Part shown: positions 38,724-46,804 of the stretch, piece by piece
How the letters are laid out: each line of letters starts with the position of its first letter
Position numbering within the stretch: the stretch's first letter is position 1
Assembly (NCBI GenBank): GCA_024401225.1
Contig: JAKSLM010000006.1
Location: 18,350-82,349, forward strand
Source: Bacteroidaceae bacterium
Lineage (GTDB): Bacteria; Bacteroidota; Bacteroidia; Bacteroidales; Bacteroidaceae
DNA: 64,000 nt
Reading direction: 5' to 3'
Translations under genes and position numbers: made by a program
The notes under the pieces: generated by a model
What the model saw: the letters and a program-made list of their open reading frames with translations, nothing else
Database searches by the model: none
What the model was told of the DNA's origin: nothing

Positions 38724-39380
38724 TTACTTTGCGTTAGCTTTCTTTGCCTTATAGTTGAGTATGTGACCAGGAATGACGAGGGATATAATCATAGCAAATG
38801 CCATGAGAATACACCATTTAAGTTCGATGTGCATGCCGTCACAACAGACTTCGTGCAAAAACTTACAGCCGATTGTTGTTCCCATTATACCACACCATTG
38901 CACCCAATCTTCGTTCAATATTGCCCCCGTGCAGTATGTGCCAATGCTTGGCAAAAACAGTCCCAACAGAAACATGCCTGTCCATCCCTGTGGCTCATTC
39001 CAATACGCAAAACAATAGACTGCATAGAAAACAAACACAAAACTCAAGCAAAACCATACCTTGCCGATACTGCTACTTGCATAGGTGCTTGGCGTGTTGT
39101 ATTTCTTTTTCATCGAGCGAGCTACGATGCCAGCGGCAATAAACCCAACCACAGGTATGGCCATGTAAAGCCATCCCCATCCACTTTCCTGACGTATTTG
39201 CGACATGGCAAATACTGCTAACGACATGAATGTACACAAATACCCCCATACCAGGAACATGTTACCATTACCTATTGCCGAGTCCTTCTTTGTTTGCTGT
39301 ATCATTTGCGAGATGAGCTCAAGGCTCTCCTTCTCCGAAATCTTCTTTTCTTCCATTTCTTTTTCTTTTTTTTGACACAC
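38724..39380 (-). CDS. multi-pass membrane protein, operon partner of the wHTH regulator
   Basis: It has 5-6 predicted hydrophobic helices and I recognise no motif. The start is ambiguous: GTG 39380 or ATG 39356 (MEEKKISEKE). Confidence 0.55.
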   Translation of the reverse strand: MCQKKEKEMEEKKISEKESLELISQMIQQTKKDSAIGNGNMFLVWGYLCTFMSLAVFAMSQIRQESGWGWLYMAIPVVGFIAAGIVARSMKKKYNTPSTYASSSIGKVWFCLSFVFVFYAVYCFAYWNEPQGWTGMFLLGLFLPSIGTYCTGAILNEDWVQWCGIMGTTIGCKFLHEVCCDGMHIELKWCILMAFAMIISLVIPGHILNYKAKKANAK

Positions 39381-39666
39381 GCTATAATATAATAATGTGT
39401 CAGGTTCGTTACTTAGTTTATTTTATAAACCATCGAGGTAAAAAGAGAAGCAAGGAGTCCGGTTCTCGCTTGCTTTAAGCTAGCATGATACTCTTCTCAC
39501 ACTAATGATTTCGGCTGCAAAGTTAGCATAGTTTATTTTATAAACCAAATTTTAGTGCAAGAAAATGAATTATTTAACATTCATTTACAACTGCACTCCT
39601 CGTACTTTTCATCAATACGCTCAAGGGCCTTGTAAAGGAAAGGGGTGTTGACTAACAATTATTGGT

Positions 39667-39824
39667 CGAGTGTTCCAATTGTTCCTGTTCCAATTAATTT
39701 TTCGGAGACAAAACATCCTCTATAAATATCTTATAACTAATTAATATATATATAGTTATATAGTATAATAAGGAAAAAGGAACTACAAAAAAAATAATTG
39801 GAACAAAAAGAACTGGAACGCTCG
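39667..39824. repeat. inverted GTTCCA-hexamer arrays (3+3) flanking a 98-nt AT-rich core; inverted homologue of 8552-8714
   Basis: The left arm is cgagtGTTCCAattGTTCCTGTTCCAatta. The reverse complement of the right arm is cgagcGTTCCAGTTCTTtttGTTCCAatta. The core shares attaatta and the 9-mer ataagatat (reverse-complemented) with locus 1. Confidence 0.9.
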
Positions 39825-40176
39825 TATATTATTTGTTCATCTAAAAGGCATAATATCAACAATATACAAAGTTTTAAGACCTTCTGTGCCTAAGATGCTA
39901 ACACTCGAAAAGTTACCGAAAACATCAAAATCATGCCATTGAAGGCATAAAATCGTGTATAAACTCCTTGTTTCGATGCTTTTTTCTTTACTTGGCACAC
40001 ACGTCAGCGGTTCGGAATGAATGACCCTTGAACTCATTTGGATGGCATTTCGGGGCACTATGTCCAACTTGATTGCTGATTCGGGCTGTAATAGGGGCAA
40101 TTTGTACAATCTTGTAGAGGCAATTGCCGCGACATTCGTAATCACGATGACCTCTTTGGGTGTGCAAAGAAACAAC

Positions 40177-40261
40177 CAACTCCTTGCAAGGAATCGATGA
40201 AATCCTTGCAAGGAGTTGCCTTAGTCCTTGCAAGGAGTTGATGAAGTCCGTGCAAGGAGTG
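40177..40261 (+). repeat. four 22-bp-phased copies of the TCCTTGCAAGGA palindrome (second array)
   Basis: Cores start at 40181, 40203, 40225 and 40247. The last core is degenerate (tccGtgcaagga). The array ends 18 nt from the greA stop codon. Confidence 0.95.
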
Positions 40262-40279
40262 ATGCGGGTTATGAGAGTC

Positions 40280-40744
40280 CTATACGGTAATGTTGTCAAT
40301 CCTGAGTGTAAGGATGCCGGCAGGAACCTTGACTTCCACGGTGTCGCCGACAGATTTGCCAACGAGGGCTTCGGCGATGGGCGACTTGATGGAGATCTTG
40401 CTTTCCTTGAGGTTGGCCTCGTGGGGATTGACGATCGTGTATGCCATCTTGGTGTTGGTGGTGAGGTTGGTTATCTCCACCTTGCGGAAGAGGCCCACGG
40501 TGTCGCTGCCGAGTTGGGAGGTGTCCATGACTCGTGCATGCTCGAGGACGCGCTGCTTGAAGCGTATGCGGCTGAGGAGGATGCCTTGGGAGCGCTTAGC
40601 TGCGTGGTACTCAAAGTTCTCGCTGAGGTCTCCCTTCTCGCGTGCTTCCTGGATTTCTCCTTTCACTCTTGGAAGGTCAACCTCGATGAGTTGCTTCAAT
40701 TCGGCTACAAGACTGTCGTAGCATTCTTGTGACAAGTATTCCAT
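40280..40744 (-). CDS. greA: transcription elongation factor GreA
   Basis: It is 154 aa, with an N-terminal coiled coil (LSENFEYHAAKR) and a C-terminal domain (ISIKSPIAEALVGKSVGDTVEVKVP). Confidence 0.93.
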   Translation of the reverse strand: MEYLSQECYDSLVAELKQLIEVDLPRVKGEIQEAREKGDLSENFEYHAAKRSQGILLSRIRFKQRVLEHARVMDTSQLGSDTVGLFRKVEITNLTTNTKMAYTIVNPHEANLKESKISIKSPIAEALVGKSVGDTVEVKVPAGILTLRIDNITV

Positions 40745-40763
40745 GTGGGTATGATTGATTTTG

Positions 40764-40858
40764 GCCTCCGAAGAGGAAGAAGAAAGAGCTATGAGTTATA
40801 CGCTTTGGCGAAGCCAATCTAACGTAAATATTTGAAATCTTCTTCCTCTTTGGATGTA
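40764..40858. repeat. copy A of an 85-95 bp repeat (greA leader) containing a 16-bp-stem hairpin
   Basis: gcctccgaagaggaagaagaaaga...acgctttggcgaagccaatctaacgtaaatatttgaaatcttcttcctctttggatgta is near-identical to 41799-41882 apart from a 12-nt insertion. Confidence 0.9.
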
Positions 40859-40871
40859 TAAAACCATTAAA

Positions 40872-41777
40872 CTATTGGTTGGCAAATTCTGACACTTCGA
40901 AGTTCTGGGCCACGGCGAGGCGAGCACAGTTCTGAAGGAGGCGGCGATTGGCGGAGTTGACCTGATTCTTGTCGCCTGGCTTGCCGAGTATGGTGTTGTC
41001 CTCGCGGATGTCGCGGCAGAGGGTAGGTGCTATGATGGCTTCGAAGAATGTGCAGGCAAGCAGGTAGCGACCCATGTAGAGGTCGATGTGCTGATTGTCG
41101 CGTGTGAACTCGTTGTCGAGCTGAAGGGCTGGTACGCTGCGCGCATTCTGAACGGCTGTACCCCCTGGTATGATGACATCGATGCCGGAGTTCTGTTTCA
41201 GCTTCTTGCAACTGTTGCAGATGCTTGTGTACATGTTCTCGGGTGTGCCGTACTTCTTTATGTCCTTGTTTTTGGACGAGTAGGCCCATGTCATATTGAA
41301 GGCGAAGGTGGTGCGGGGGCTCTTCTTGTTCAGATTGTAGGCCTGGATGAGCTTTGAGAGGTATGGCTCGTAGGTGTTGTAATCGCCCGATTCGAGCGAA
41401 TACTGCTGGAAGACGACGATGTCGTATGCATGACGCTGCATGGCCTCGTTGATGCTTATCGACTTGTCGGTACGTCCGCCCGAGGCGAAGTTGTATAGGT
41501 AGAACTCATAGACGCTCTTGCCCGACTGGTAGTACTCGTAGTGTTGCTTCATCGAGCAGCCTCCCTTATAGAGTACGTAGATGTTGACGTTCGTGATGCC
41601 CAGGTTGAACAGGAGTGACTGCATCGCTACTGATGTATCGATGGAGAAGGAGTTGCCGACGAAGAGGATGTCGAGTTTCTCGGGGCGGTAGGGCAATGGT
41701 GGATTGCTCAAATATCCCTGGGCAAAGGTGCAGAGGGATATCATGATGGTGAGCAGTAAGGCTGATATGCGTTTCAT
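40872..41777 (-). CDS. DUF4886-like secreted SGNH/GDSL-type hydrolase-fold protein
   Basis: It has a signal peptide (MKRISALLLTIMISLCTFAQG) and the early motif LDILFVGNSFSIDT. Its size and pattern match my recollection of DUF4886. The start is set at 41777. Confidence 0.65.
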   Translation of the reverse strand: MKRISALLLTIMISLCTFAQGYLSNPPLPYRPEKLDILFVGNSFSIDTSVAMQSLLFNLGITNVNIYVLYKGGCSMKQHYEYYQSGKSVYEFYLYNFASGGRTDKSISINEAMQRHAYDIVVFQQYSLESGDYNTYEPYLSKLIQAYNLNKKSPRTTFAFNMTWAYSSKNKDIKKYGTPENMYTSICNSCKKLKQNSGIDVIIPGGTAVQNARSVPALQLDNEFTRDNQHIDLYMGRYLLACTFFEAIIAPTLCRDIREDNTILGKPGDKNQVNSANRRLLQNCARLAVAQNFEVSEFANQ

Positions 41778-41798
41778 GAGCCAGAATGATGGTTTGAT

Positions 41799-41882
41799 GC
41801 CTCCGAAGAGGAAGAAGAAAGAACGCTTTGGCAAAGCCAATCTAGCGTAAATATTTGAAAATCTTCTTCCTCTTTGGATGTA
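41799..41882. repeat. copy B of the repeat (between the trpA stop and the DUF4886 start)
   Basis: See copy A. The two copies are in the same orientation and bracket the DUF4886 gene. Confidence 0.9.
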
Positions 41883-41888
41883 AAGAAA

Positions 41889-42662
41889 TTATTCCTTGAG
41901 AGCCTGAAGCAGCTTGTCCATTGCGATGGATGCATCGCCTGTCTCTTCGTAGAGGTTGACGAACTTGGAACCGATGATGGCACCGGCTGCGTTCTTCTGT
42001 GCTGCTTCGAGTGTCTGCTTGTTTGAGATGCCGAATCCAATCATGCGTGGGTGCTTGAGTCCCATGCCGTTGATGCGCGAGAAGTATGCCTGCTTGGCAT
42101 CGTTGAACTCCTTCTGGGCACCTGTGATGGCTGCCGATGATACCATGTATATGAATCCGTCGGTGTTGTCGTCGATGAAGCGTATGCGCTCGTCGGATGT
42201 CTCAGGGGTGATGAGCATGATGATGCGTATGTCGTAGCGATCGGCAATAGGCTTGTACTCCTCGAGATAGTCCTTGAATGGGAGGTCGGGGATGATGACT
42301 CCGTCGATGCCTGTCTCAACGCAACGCTTGCAGAAGGCTTCAAATCCGAACTGCATGATTGGGTTGAGGTAGCCCATGAGGATGAGTGGGATGCTCACTT
42401 CGTTTCGTATGCCTTCGAGCTGAGCGAAGAGGGTGCGAAGGGTCATGCCGTTTCGGAGTGCCTTGGTTGCTGCGTCCTGGATGACTGGGCCATCGGCCAT
42501 TGGGTCGGAGAATGGTACGCCGACCTCGATCATGTCGACTCCCTTCTGCTGCAAGGTCTTGATGGTTTGTGCTGTGGCATCGAGTGTAGGATGGCCTGCA
42601 CAGAAGTAGATAGAAAGAATCTTTTCGTTTTTGTCTGCGAATAATTGATTAATTCTGTTCAT
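41889..42662 (-). CDS. trpA: tryptophan synthase alpha chain
   Basis: It carries the TrpA TIM-barrel motifs (GVDMIEVGVPFSDPMADGPVIQ, GFGIS). Confidence 0.95.
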   Translation of the reverse strand: MNRINQLFADKNEKILSIYFCAGHPTLDATAQTIKTLQQKGVDMIEVGVPFSDPMADGPVIQDAATKALRNGMTLRTLFAQLEGIRNEVSIPLILMGYLNPIMQFGFEAFCKRCVETGIDGVIIPDLPFKDYLEEYKPIADRYDIRIIMLITPETSDERIRFIDDNTDGFIYMVSSAAITGAQKEFNDAKQAYFSRINGMGLKHPRMIGFGISNKQTLEAAQKNAAGAIIGSKFVNLYEETGDASIAMDKLLQALKE

Positions 42663-43279
42663 TATCTTAATTGTTTAATAAAGTTCTTCAATAAGTCTAT
42701 GTCTTTAAGTGCAGGCGATGTTTCAAACTTGCTGTTGAGATCGATGCCTTTGAATAGTGGATGCTGGAATGCTTTGACTTTTTCCACATCGTCGGGTCCT
42801 ATGCCTCCTGTGAGGATGAAAGGAGTGAAACAAGGGTAGTAGTCGAGAATATCCCAATCAAACTTCTTGCCGCTTCCACCATAGCTTTCGCATTTGGTTT
42901 CGAAGAGGAAGTAATCAACCCAAGCCTCGTATTTGCTTGTTGGTTCCAAATCTTTTGGAGATGAAATCTGAAACATCTTGATGATTTTGACCTCACTTCC
43001 AAGCCTTTTCTTCAGTTCGTGACAGTATTTGGGAGTTTCGTTTCCATGAAGTTGTACAAGATTGAAACCGAAGTCGCTTACTTTCTCTGCAATCTCTTCG
43101 ATGGAATAGTTTACGAATACTCCGACTCGCTTGCTGTTCGTAGGAAGATATGCAGGCACTTCGCTTACATGGCGCTTGCTCTTCTCGAAGAAGATGAAGC
43201 CCATCCAGTCGGCTATCCTTGCCTCGTCGAGCTGACGGATATTGTCAGCATCGCGCATTCCACACACCTTGATTATCAT
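42662..43279 (-). CDS. trpF: phosphoribosylanthranilate isomerase
   Basis: It starts IKVCGMRDADN, carries LVQLHGNE and has a C-terminal GGI motif. It overlaps trpA by 1 nt. Confidence 0.9.
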   Translation of the reverse strand: MIIKVCGMRDADNIRQLDEARIADWMGFIFFEKSKRHVSEVPAYLPTNSKRVGVFVNYSIEEIAEKVSDFGFNLVQLHGNETPKYCHELKKRLGSEVKIIKMFQISSPKDLEPTSKYEAWVDYFLFETKCESYGGSGKKFDWDILDYYPCFTPFILTGGIGPDDVEKVKAFQHPLFKGIDLNSKFETSPALKDIDLLKNFIKQLR

Positions 43280-43297
43280 AAGAGGAACGAGTTGGAG

Positions 43298-44104
43298 TTA
43301 GAGGGGGCTCTCTACATTCTTGATGAATTCTTTAAGCGCTTCTCCTGGGTCGGGAGTCTTCATGAATGTCTCTCCGATGAGGAAACCACGGAATCCAGCC
43401 TCACGCAACTCGCGTACCGTCTGCGGATTGCTGATGCCCGACTCGCTCACGAGCAGATAGTCCTTAGGCAAGAGGGAAGCAAGGCGGTAGCTGTTGGCCA
43501 CGTCGGTGTGGAAGGTGCCAAGGTTGCGGTTGTTGACTCCCACCATGTCGATGTTGTCGCCTACGTACTCCAGTTCCGACTCGGAATGTACTTCGAGCAG
43601 GGTTTCAAGTTCGAGCTCATGGGCCATGCGAGCCAAGTGGCTGCATTCGCTCTTGCTGAGGTCGGCTGCGATGAGAAGGACGGCATTGGCACCTATGCTG
43701 CGTGCCTGAAAGAGCTGGTACTCATCGATGATGAAGTCCTTGCGGAGTATAGGGCATGCCACATCAGGACGGGCTATGCGTACGAAGTCCATCGATCCGC
43801 CGAAGTACTTCTCGTCGGTAAGGATGGAGATGGCTGAGGCGCCATTGGCTGAATAGGATGGGGGAATGACATCAGGACGTCCCTCCTCCTTGATCCATCC
43901 CTTCGACGGACTCTTACGCTTGAATTCGGCTATGATGCCCGATGCCGACTGAGCAAGCGAGGCACGCATGGAGAGGCGCGAGTAGTTGCCATCGGCCATC
44001 ATTCGCTCCACCTGGCTGTAGAGTTCCGATGCTGGCAGCATCTCCTTCTGCTGAGCCACCTCGATGCGCTTGTCGGCTACTATCTGTTCTAGGATATCTT
44101 TCAT
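43298..44104 (-). CDS. trpC: indole-3-glycerol phosphate synthase
   Basis: It carries the motifs IIAEFKRKSPSKG, CPILRKDFI and VGVNNRNL. Confidence 0.93.
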   Translation of the reverse strand: MKDILEQIVADKRIEVAQQKEMLPASELYSQVERMMADGNYSRLSMRASLAQSASGIIAEFKRKSPSKGWIKEEGRPDVIPPSYSANGASAISILTDEKYFGGSMDFVRIARPDVACPILRKDFIIDEYQLFQARSIGANAVLLIAADLSKSECSHLARMAHELELETLLEVHSESELEYVGDNIDMVGVNNRNLGTFHTDVANSYRLASLLPKDYLLVSESGISNPQTVRELREAGFRGFLIGETFMKTPDPGEALKEFIKNVESPL

Positions 44105-44113
44105 GTTCAGTTG

Positions 44114-45106
44114 TTAGTATACGCGGAAACCAATGATTTTGCGAACCTCATTGAGTGTGGCAGCTGCCGATTCACGAGCCTTTTCAGCACCCATCTTTGC
44201 TACCTTGTCGAGAAGGTCCTTGTTGGCCTTGTACTCCTCGATGCGCTCGCGGATAGGAGTGAGGGTGGTGATGATGTCCTGAGCGAGCTGCTTCTTGAAG
44301 TCGCCATAGCGGATGGACATGTCGTTCCACTTCTCGTCGAAGTAGTCGTAAGTCTCCTTCGATGATGCAATCTCCATGAGGGTGAAGAGGTTCTGAATCA
44401 CCTCTGGCTTTGGCTGGTTAGGCTCTGTTGGGCCCGAATCGGTAACGGCCTTCTTCACCTTCTTCTCGATGCTCTTTGCATCCTCGTAGAGGTAGATGCA
44501 GTTGCCCTCGCTCTTGCCCATCTTGCCCGAACCGTCGAGTCCTGGGATCTTGATGGCATGATCGCCAAAGTAGAAGTTCTGTGGCTCTGGGAAGAATTCG
44601 GTTCCGTAGATGTTGTTGAAGCGACGTGCACACTTGCGAGCCATCTCCATGTTCTGCTCCTGATCTTTGCCCACAGGCACCTTTACGGCACGATGCTGAA
44701 GGATGTCGGCTGCCATGAGTGTAGGGTATGTAAGAAGGCCTGCGTTGACATTGTCTGGCTGCTTGCGTGCCTTCTCCTTGAATGTTGTAACGCGCTCAAG
44801 CTCGCCGAGATAGCAGTTCATGTTCAAGTAAAGGTAGAGCTCGAGTGTCTCAGGTACATCCGACTGTATGTAGATGGTTGACTTCTCTGGATCGATGCCA
44901 CAAGCGAGGTACTCAGCAAGGATGGTACGAGCCGACTGCTGAATGTCCTCTGGGTTAGGATGGGTGGTGAGTGAATGCCAATCGGCGATGAAGTACATGC
45001 AGTTGAAATCGTCCTGCATCTTCACGAAGTTCTGTACAGCACCATAATAGTTTCCAAGGTGGAGATTACCTGTAGGGCGAATGCCACTTACTACGATTTG
45101 TTTCAT
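44114..45106 (-). CDS. trpS: tryptophan--tRNA ligase
   Basis: It has class I signatures (TGNLHLGNYYGA and KMGKS) and is 330 aa. It lies between trpD and trpC. Confidence 0.93.
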   Translation of the reverse strand: MKQIVVSGIRPTGNLHLGNYYGAVQNFVKMQDDFNCMYFIADWHSLTTHPNPEDIQQSARTILAEYLACGIDPEKSTIYIQSDVPETLELYLYLNMNCYLGELERVTTFKEKARKQPDNVNAGLLTYPTLMAADILQHRAVKVPVGKDQEQNMEMARKCARRFNNIYGTEFFPEPQNFYFGDHAIKIPGLDGSGKMGKSEGNCIYLYEDAKSIEKKVKKAVTDSGPTEPNQPKPEVIQNLFTLMEIASSKETYDYFDEKWNDMSIRYGDFKKQLAQDIITTLTPIRERIEEYKANKDLLDKVAKMGAEKARESAAATLNEVRKIIGFRVY

Positions 45107-45132
45107 ATTGTCTTTTATTCTTCTTTGTATTA

Positions 45133-45182
45133 TTGTCAGTTTACGAATTGAGTGTATATTGTTGTCAGTTTACGAATTGAGT
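45133..45182. repeat. 21-bp exact tandem duplication (period 29) of the trpD stop region
   Basis: ttgtcagtttacgaattgagt occurs at 45133-45153 and 45162-45182. The second copy holds the trpD stop codon and its last four codons. Confidence 0.9.
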
Positions 45183-46165
45183 TCGACAAACTTCTTGAAC
45201 ACCTGAAGTGCCTTTCCGCTCTCAAGCGATTCCTTAGCCAAAGCAACTGATTCGGACATTGAGAGGTTGGCATCCATGACTGATATACCACAGGCAGCAT
45301 TGGCGATGACCACGTTCTTCTGAGCCTCGGTAGAAGTACCTTCGAGCACGGCATCGAAGATCTTCATGGCATCCTCAGCTGTGTCGCCACCGAAGATGTC
45401 TTCTTGCTTGACATACTTGAGTCCCATATCCACAGGAGTGAGGACTTTCTCAAAGTTGTTGGTGCAAATCTTGAAACCTGATGTGAGTGAAATCTCATCA
45501 TAGCCATCGTAGGAAGTGATGACACCATAATTGTCACCAATCTTCTGATGGACATTGGTGTAAAGACGGAGCTGGCTCTGGTTTGCTGTACCATGGAGCG
45601 AGTTCTTAGGGTGACAAGGATTCACGAGTGGACCAAGAAGGTTGAAGCAGGTAGGAACTGCAAGTGCCTTACGAGTAGGACCTACGAACTTCATACCATA
45701 CGCAAAGAGTGGGGCATGGAAGTAGCAGATGCCAGCCTCGTCGAGACTTTTCTTCAAGATATCCACATCGTCAGTAAACTTCACACCATGACCTTGAAGC
45801 ACGTTGCTTGCACCCGAAACGGAAGTAGAACCGCCGTTACCGTGCTTTGTAACCTTATATCCAGCACCGGCAATCACGAATGCAGAACAAGTAGAGATGT
45901 TGAATGTGTTCTTTCCATCACCACCAGTACCCACGATGTCGAGTGTGTTGTAATCTTCAAAGTTGACATACTTGCCTGTCTCGAGAAGACCTTGGCGGAA
46001 ACCAAGCAATTCCTCAACTGTGACACCACGAGTCTGCATAGCCATCAAGAGTGCAGCAATCTGCTGGACATTATATTTTTCCTCAACGATGTTGAGCATT
46101 ATTTGGTGAGTGTCTTCCTGTGAAAGTGTCTCACCGTTTATGAGGTTTAAGAGATATTGTTTCAT
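45170..46165 (-). CDS. trpD: anthranilate phosphoribosyltransferase
   Basis: It carries the motifs DIVGTGGDG, VTKHGNG and GPLVNP. Confidence 0.93.
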   Translation of the reverse strand: MKQYLLNLINGETLSQEDTHQIMLNIVEEKYNVQQIAALLMAMQTRGVTVEELLGFRQGLLETGKYVNFEDYNTLDIVGTGGDGKNTFNISTCSAFVIAGAGYKVTKHGNGGSTSVSGASNVLQGHGVKFTDDVDILKKSLDEAGICYFHAPLFAYGMKFVGPTRKALAVPTCFNLLGPLVNPCHPKNSLHGTANQSQLRLYTNVHQKIGDNYGVITSYDGYDEISLTSGFKICTNNFEKVLTPVDMGLKYVKQEDIFGGDTAEDAMKIFDAVLEGTSTEAQKNVVIANAACGISVMDANLSMSESVALAKESLESGKALQVFKKFVELNS

Positions 46166-46171
46166 TTTTGT

Positions 46172-46804
46172 TTAGTGTTTTAACCAATTACCAATTATAG
46201 TCTTTCCATCAGGAGTGAGTACACTTTCTGGATGATACTGAATGCCACGAATATCATATTCTTTATGGCGGAGTGACATGATGAAACCTTCATCGGAAAC
46301 ACTTGTCACTTCAAGACATTCAGGGAATGCTTCCGTGTCAACCACCCACGAATGATAACGACCAATCTCAATGTCCTTTGGAAGTCCTTCGAAGAGGTAG
46401 TCATCTTTTGTGATATGACAAGGAGTTGCCACACCATGAACCACCTCGCCGATATTAGTCAACTTGCCACCAAATGATTCTCCAATAGCCTGATGACCAA
46501 GACAAACACCAAGAATCGGTTTCTTGCCAGCGTATGCTTTGATGACATCAAGAAGTAGTCCTGCCTCGCTTGGAATACCAGGTCCTGGAGAAAGGATAAT
46601 CTTGTCAAATGCTTCGAGTTGCGACATCTCAAACTGATCATTACGATAAACAGTAACCTCAGCGCCCAACTCTTTCACGAGGTGACTCAAGTTATAGGTA
46701 AACGAGTCGTAGTTGTCTATAATTACTATGGAGCCCCCTCCAGCTCCCCCATTAGGGGAGGGCTTGTGGTTACTATCATAAAGGGAGTTATTATGTAATT
46801 CCAT
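46172..46804 (-). CDS. trpG: anthranilate synthase component II (glutamine amidotransferase) with an atypical 24-aa N-terminal extension
   Basis: The core starts at IVIIDNYDSFTYNL and includes GVCLGHQ and the HPES triad. The only in-frame ATG is 24 codons upstream, and part of the extension (PSPNGGAGGG) is encoded by a GC-rich repeat. Confidence 0.88.
   Translation of the reverse strand: MELHNNSLYDSNHKPSPNGGAGGGSIVIIDNYDSFTYNLSHLVKELGAEVTVYRNDQFEMSQLEAFDKIILSPGPGIPSEAGLLLDVIKAYAGKKPILGVCLGHQAIGESFGGKLTNIGEVVHGVATPCHITKDDYLFEGLPKDIEIGRYHSWVVDTEAFPECLEVTSVSDEGFIMSLRHKEYDIRGIQYHPESVLTPDGKTIIGNWLKH

Noticed and set aside
8715-39666. The 31-kb segment between the mirror modules as a mobile or integrative element
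   Set aside because: Its content is essential housekeeping (valS, prfA, lpxDCA, miaA, PBP1A, dnaJ/grpE, his and lys genes, tRNA-His), with no integrase, transfer or phage genes.
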